A stretch of DNA of 15,423 nt from a bacterium (GTDB lineage Bacteria > Zixibacteria > MSB-5A5 > GN15 > FEB-12), in assembly GCA_043811375.1 (NCBI GenBank), contig JBDRNJ010000078.1, positions 1-15,423 of the forward strand. Reading direction: 5' to 3'. The notes under the pieces are model-generated. The model was not told the DNA's origin. It ran no database searches and saw nothing but the letters and a program-made list of their open reading frames with translations. The position numbers were made by a program, and so were the translations under genes. Positions 15,287 to 15,423 of this stretch are shown here, piece by piece (the stretch's first letter is position 1; each line of letters opens with the position of its first letter).

Positions 15287-15423
15287 GGTAGTGTAAACTA
15301 AGTTGTGTAAATTGGTAGATTGAAATAACAACGGGTTTGACTTTGAGTCTTTCGAACCAAATGAAAGGAGTCAAACCCGTGGTAAACTTGTGGTTTACAG
15401 ACAAAGATTTACGTTATCGCTGG
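15287..15423 (+). mobile_element. Probable left end of an IS256-family insertion sequence (runs off the window end)
   Basis: GGTAGTGTAAACTAAGTTGTGTAAA resembles IS256-family terminal IRs as I recall them (GG..TGT...TTGTGTAA). It is AT-rich and followed by a strong RBS and an open frame. Confidence 0.55.
15379..15423 (+). CDS. Partial ORF (MVNLWFTDKDLRYRW...), putative transposase N-terminus
   Basis: AAAGGAG (15364-15370), 8-nt spacer, GTG 15379; frame open to the window end. Product inferred from context only. Confidence 0.5.
   Translation, partial: MVNLWFTDKDLRYRW

Noticed and set aside
15183..15404. 74-aa N-terminal extension of the 817-aa ORF
   Set aside because: It spans a promoter and the IS-like end. 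The RBS and signal peptide point to ATG 15182.
1..15423. Composite transposon formed by the two terminal IS ends
   Set aside because: The ends resemble different IS families and enclose core genes. More likely these are independent insertions, possibly where the assembly broke.

Overview
GC-rich bacterial genomic window, probably from a Zixibacteria-like lineage (inferred from the Cys-flanked 'GDVDGSG-VDVGDLTYLVAYLFQGG-P-C' dockerin-like module). A tightly packed minus-strand housekeeping cluster fills 10283->195: ftsE-ftsX-envC-holB-ricT(PSP1)-metG-tatD-rsmA-pdxJ-like-rluD. Right of it lie four predicted secreted-protein genes: a YCF48/BNR beta-propeller, a more AT-rich pair of hypothetical genes (the first with an N-terminal dockerin-like repeat), and a BNR propeller + 2 FN3-like + C-terminal dockerin-like protein. 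Both window ends appear to run into the left end of an insertion sequence absent from the ORF track. An IS30-like end (1-89) abuts a truncated REP-like palindrome, and a probable IS256-like end lies at ~15287-15423; in both, a hairpin covers the putative transposase RBS. The most unusual signals are: (i) a full-length PdxJ homolog lacking most catalytic residues, (ii) an FtsE lacking the Q-loop, LSGGQ signature and H-switch, (iii) non-cellulosomal dockerin-like tags in opposite architectures, and (iv) a cluster of REP/REPIN-like hairpins at 11404-11610. All family assignments are by eye against motifs recalled from memory; no searches were run.
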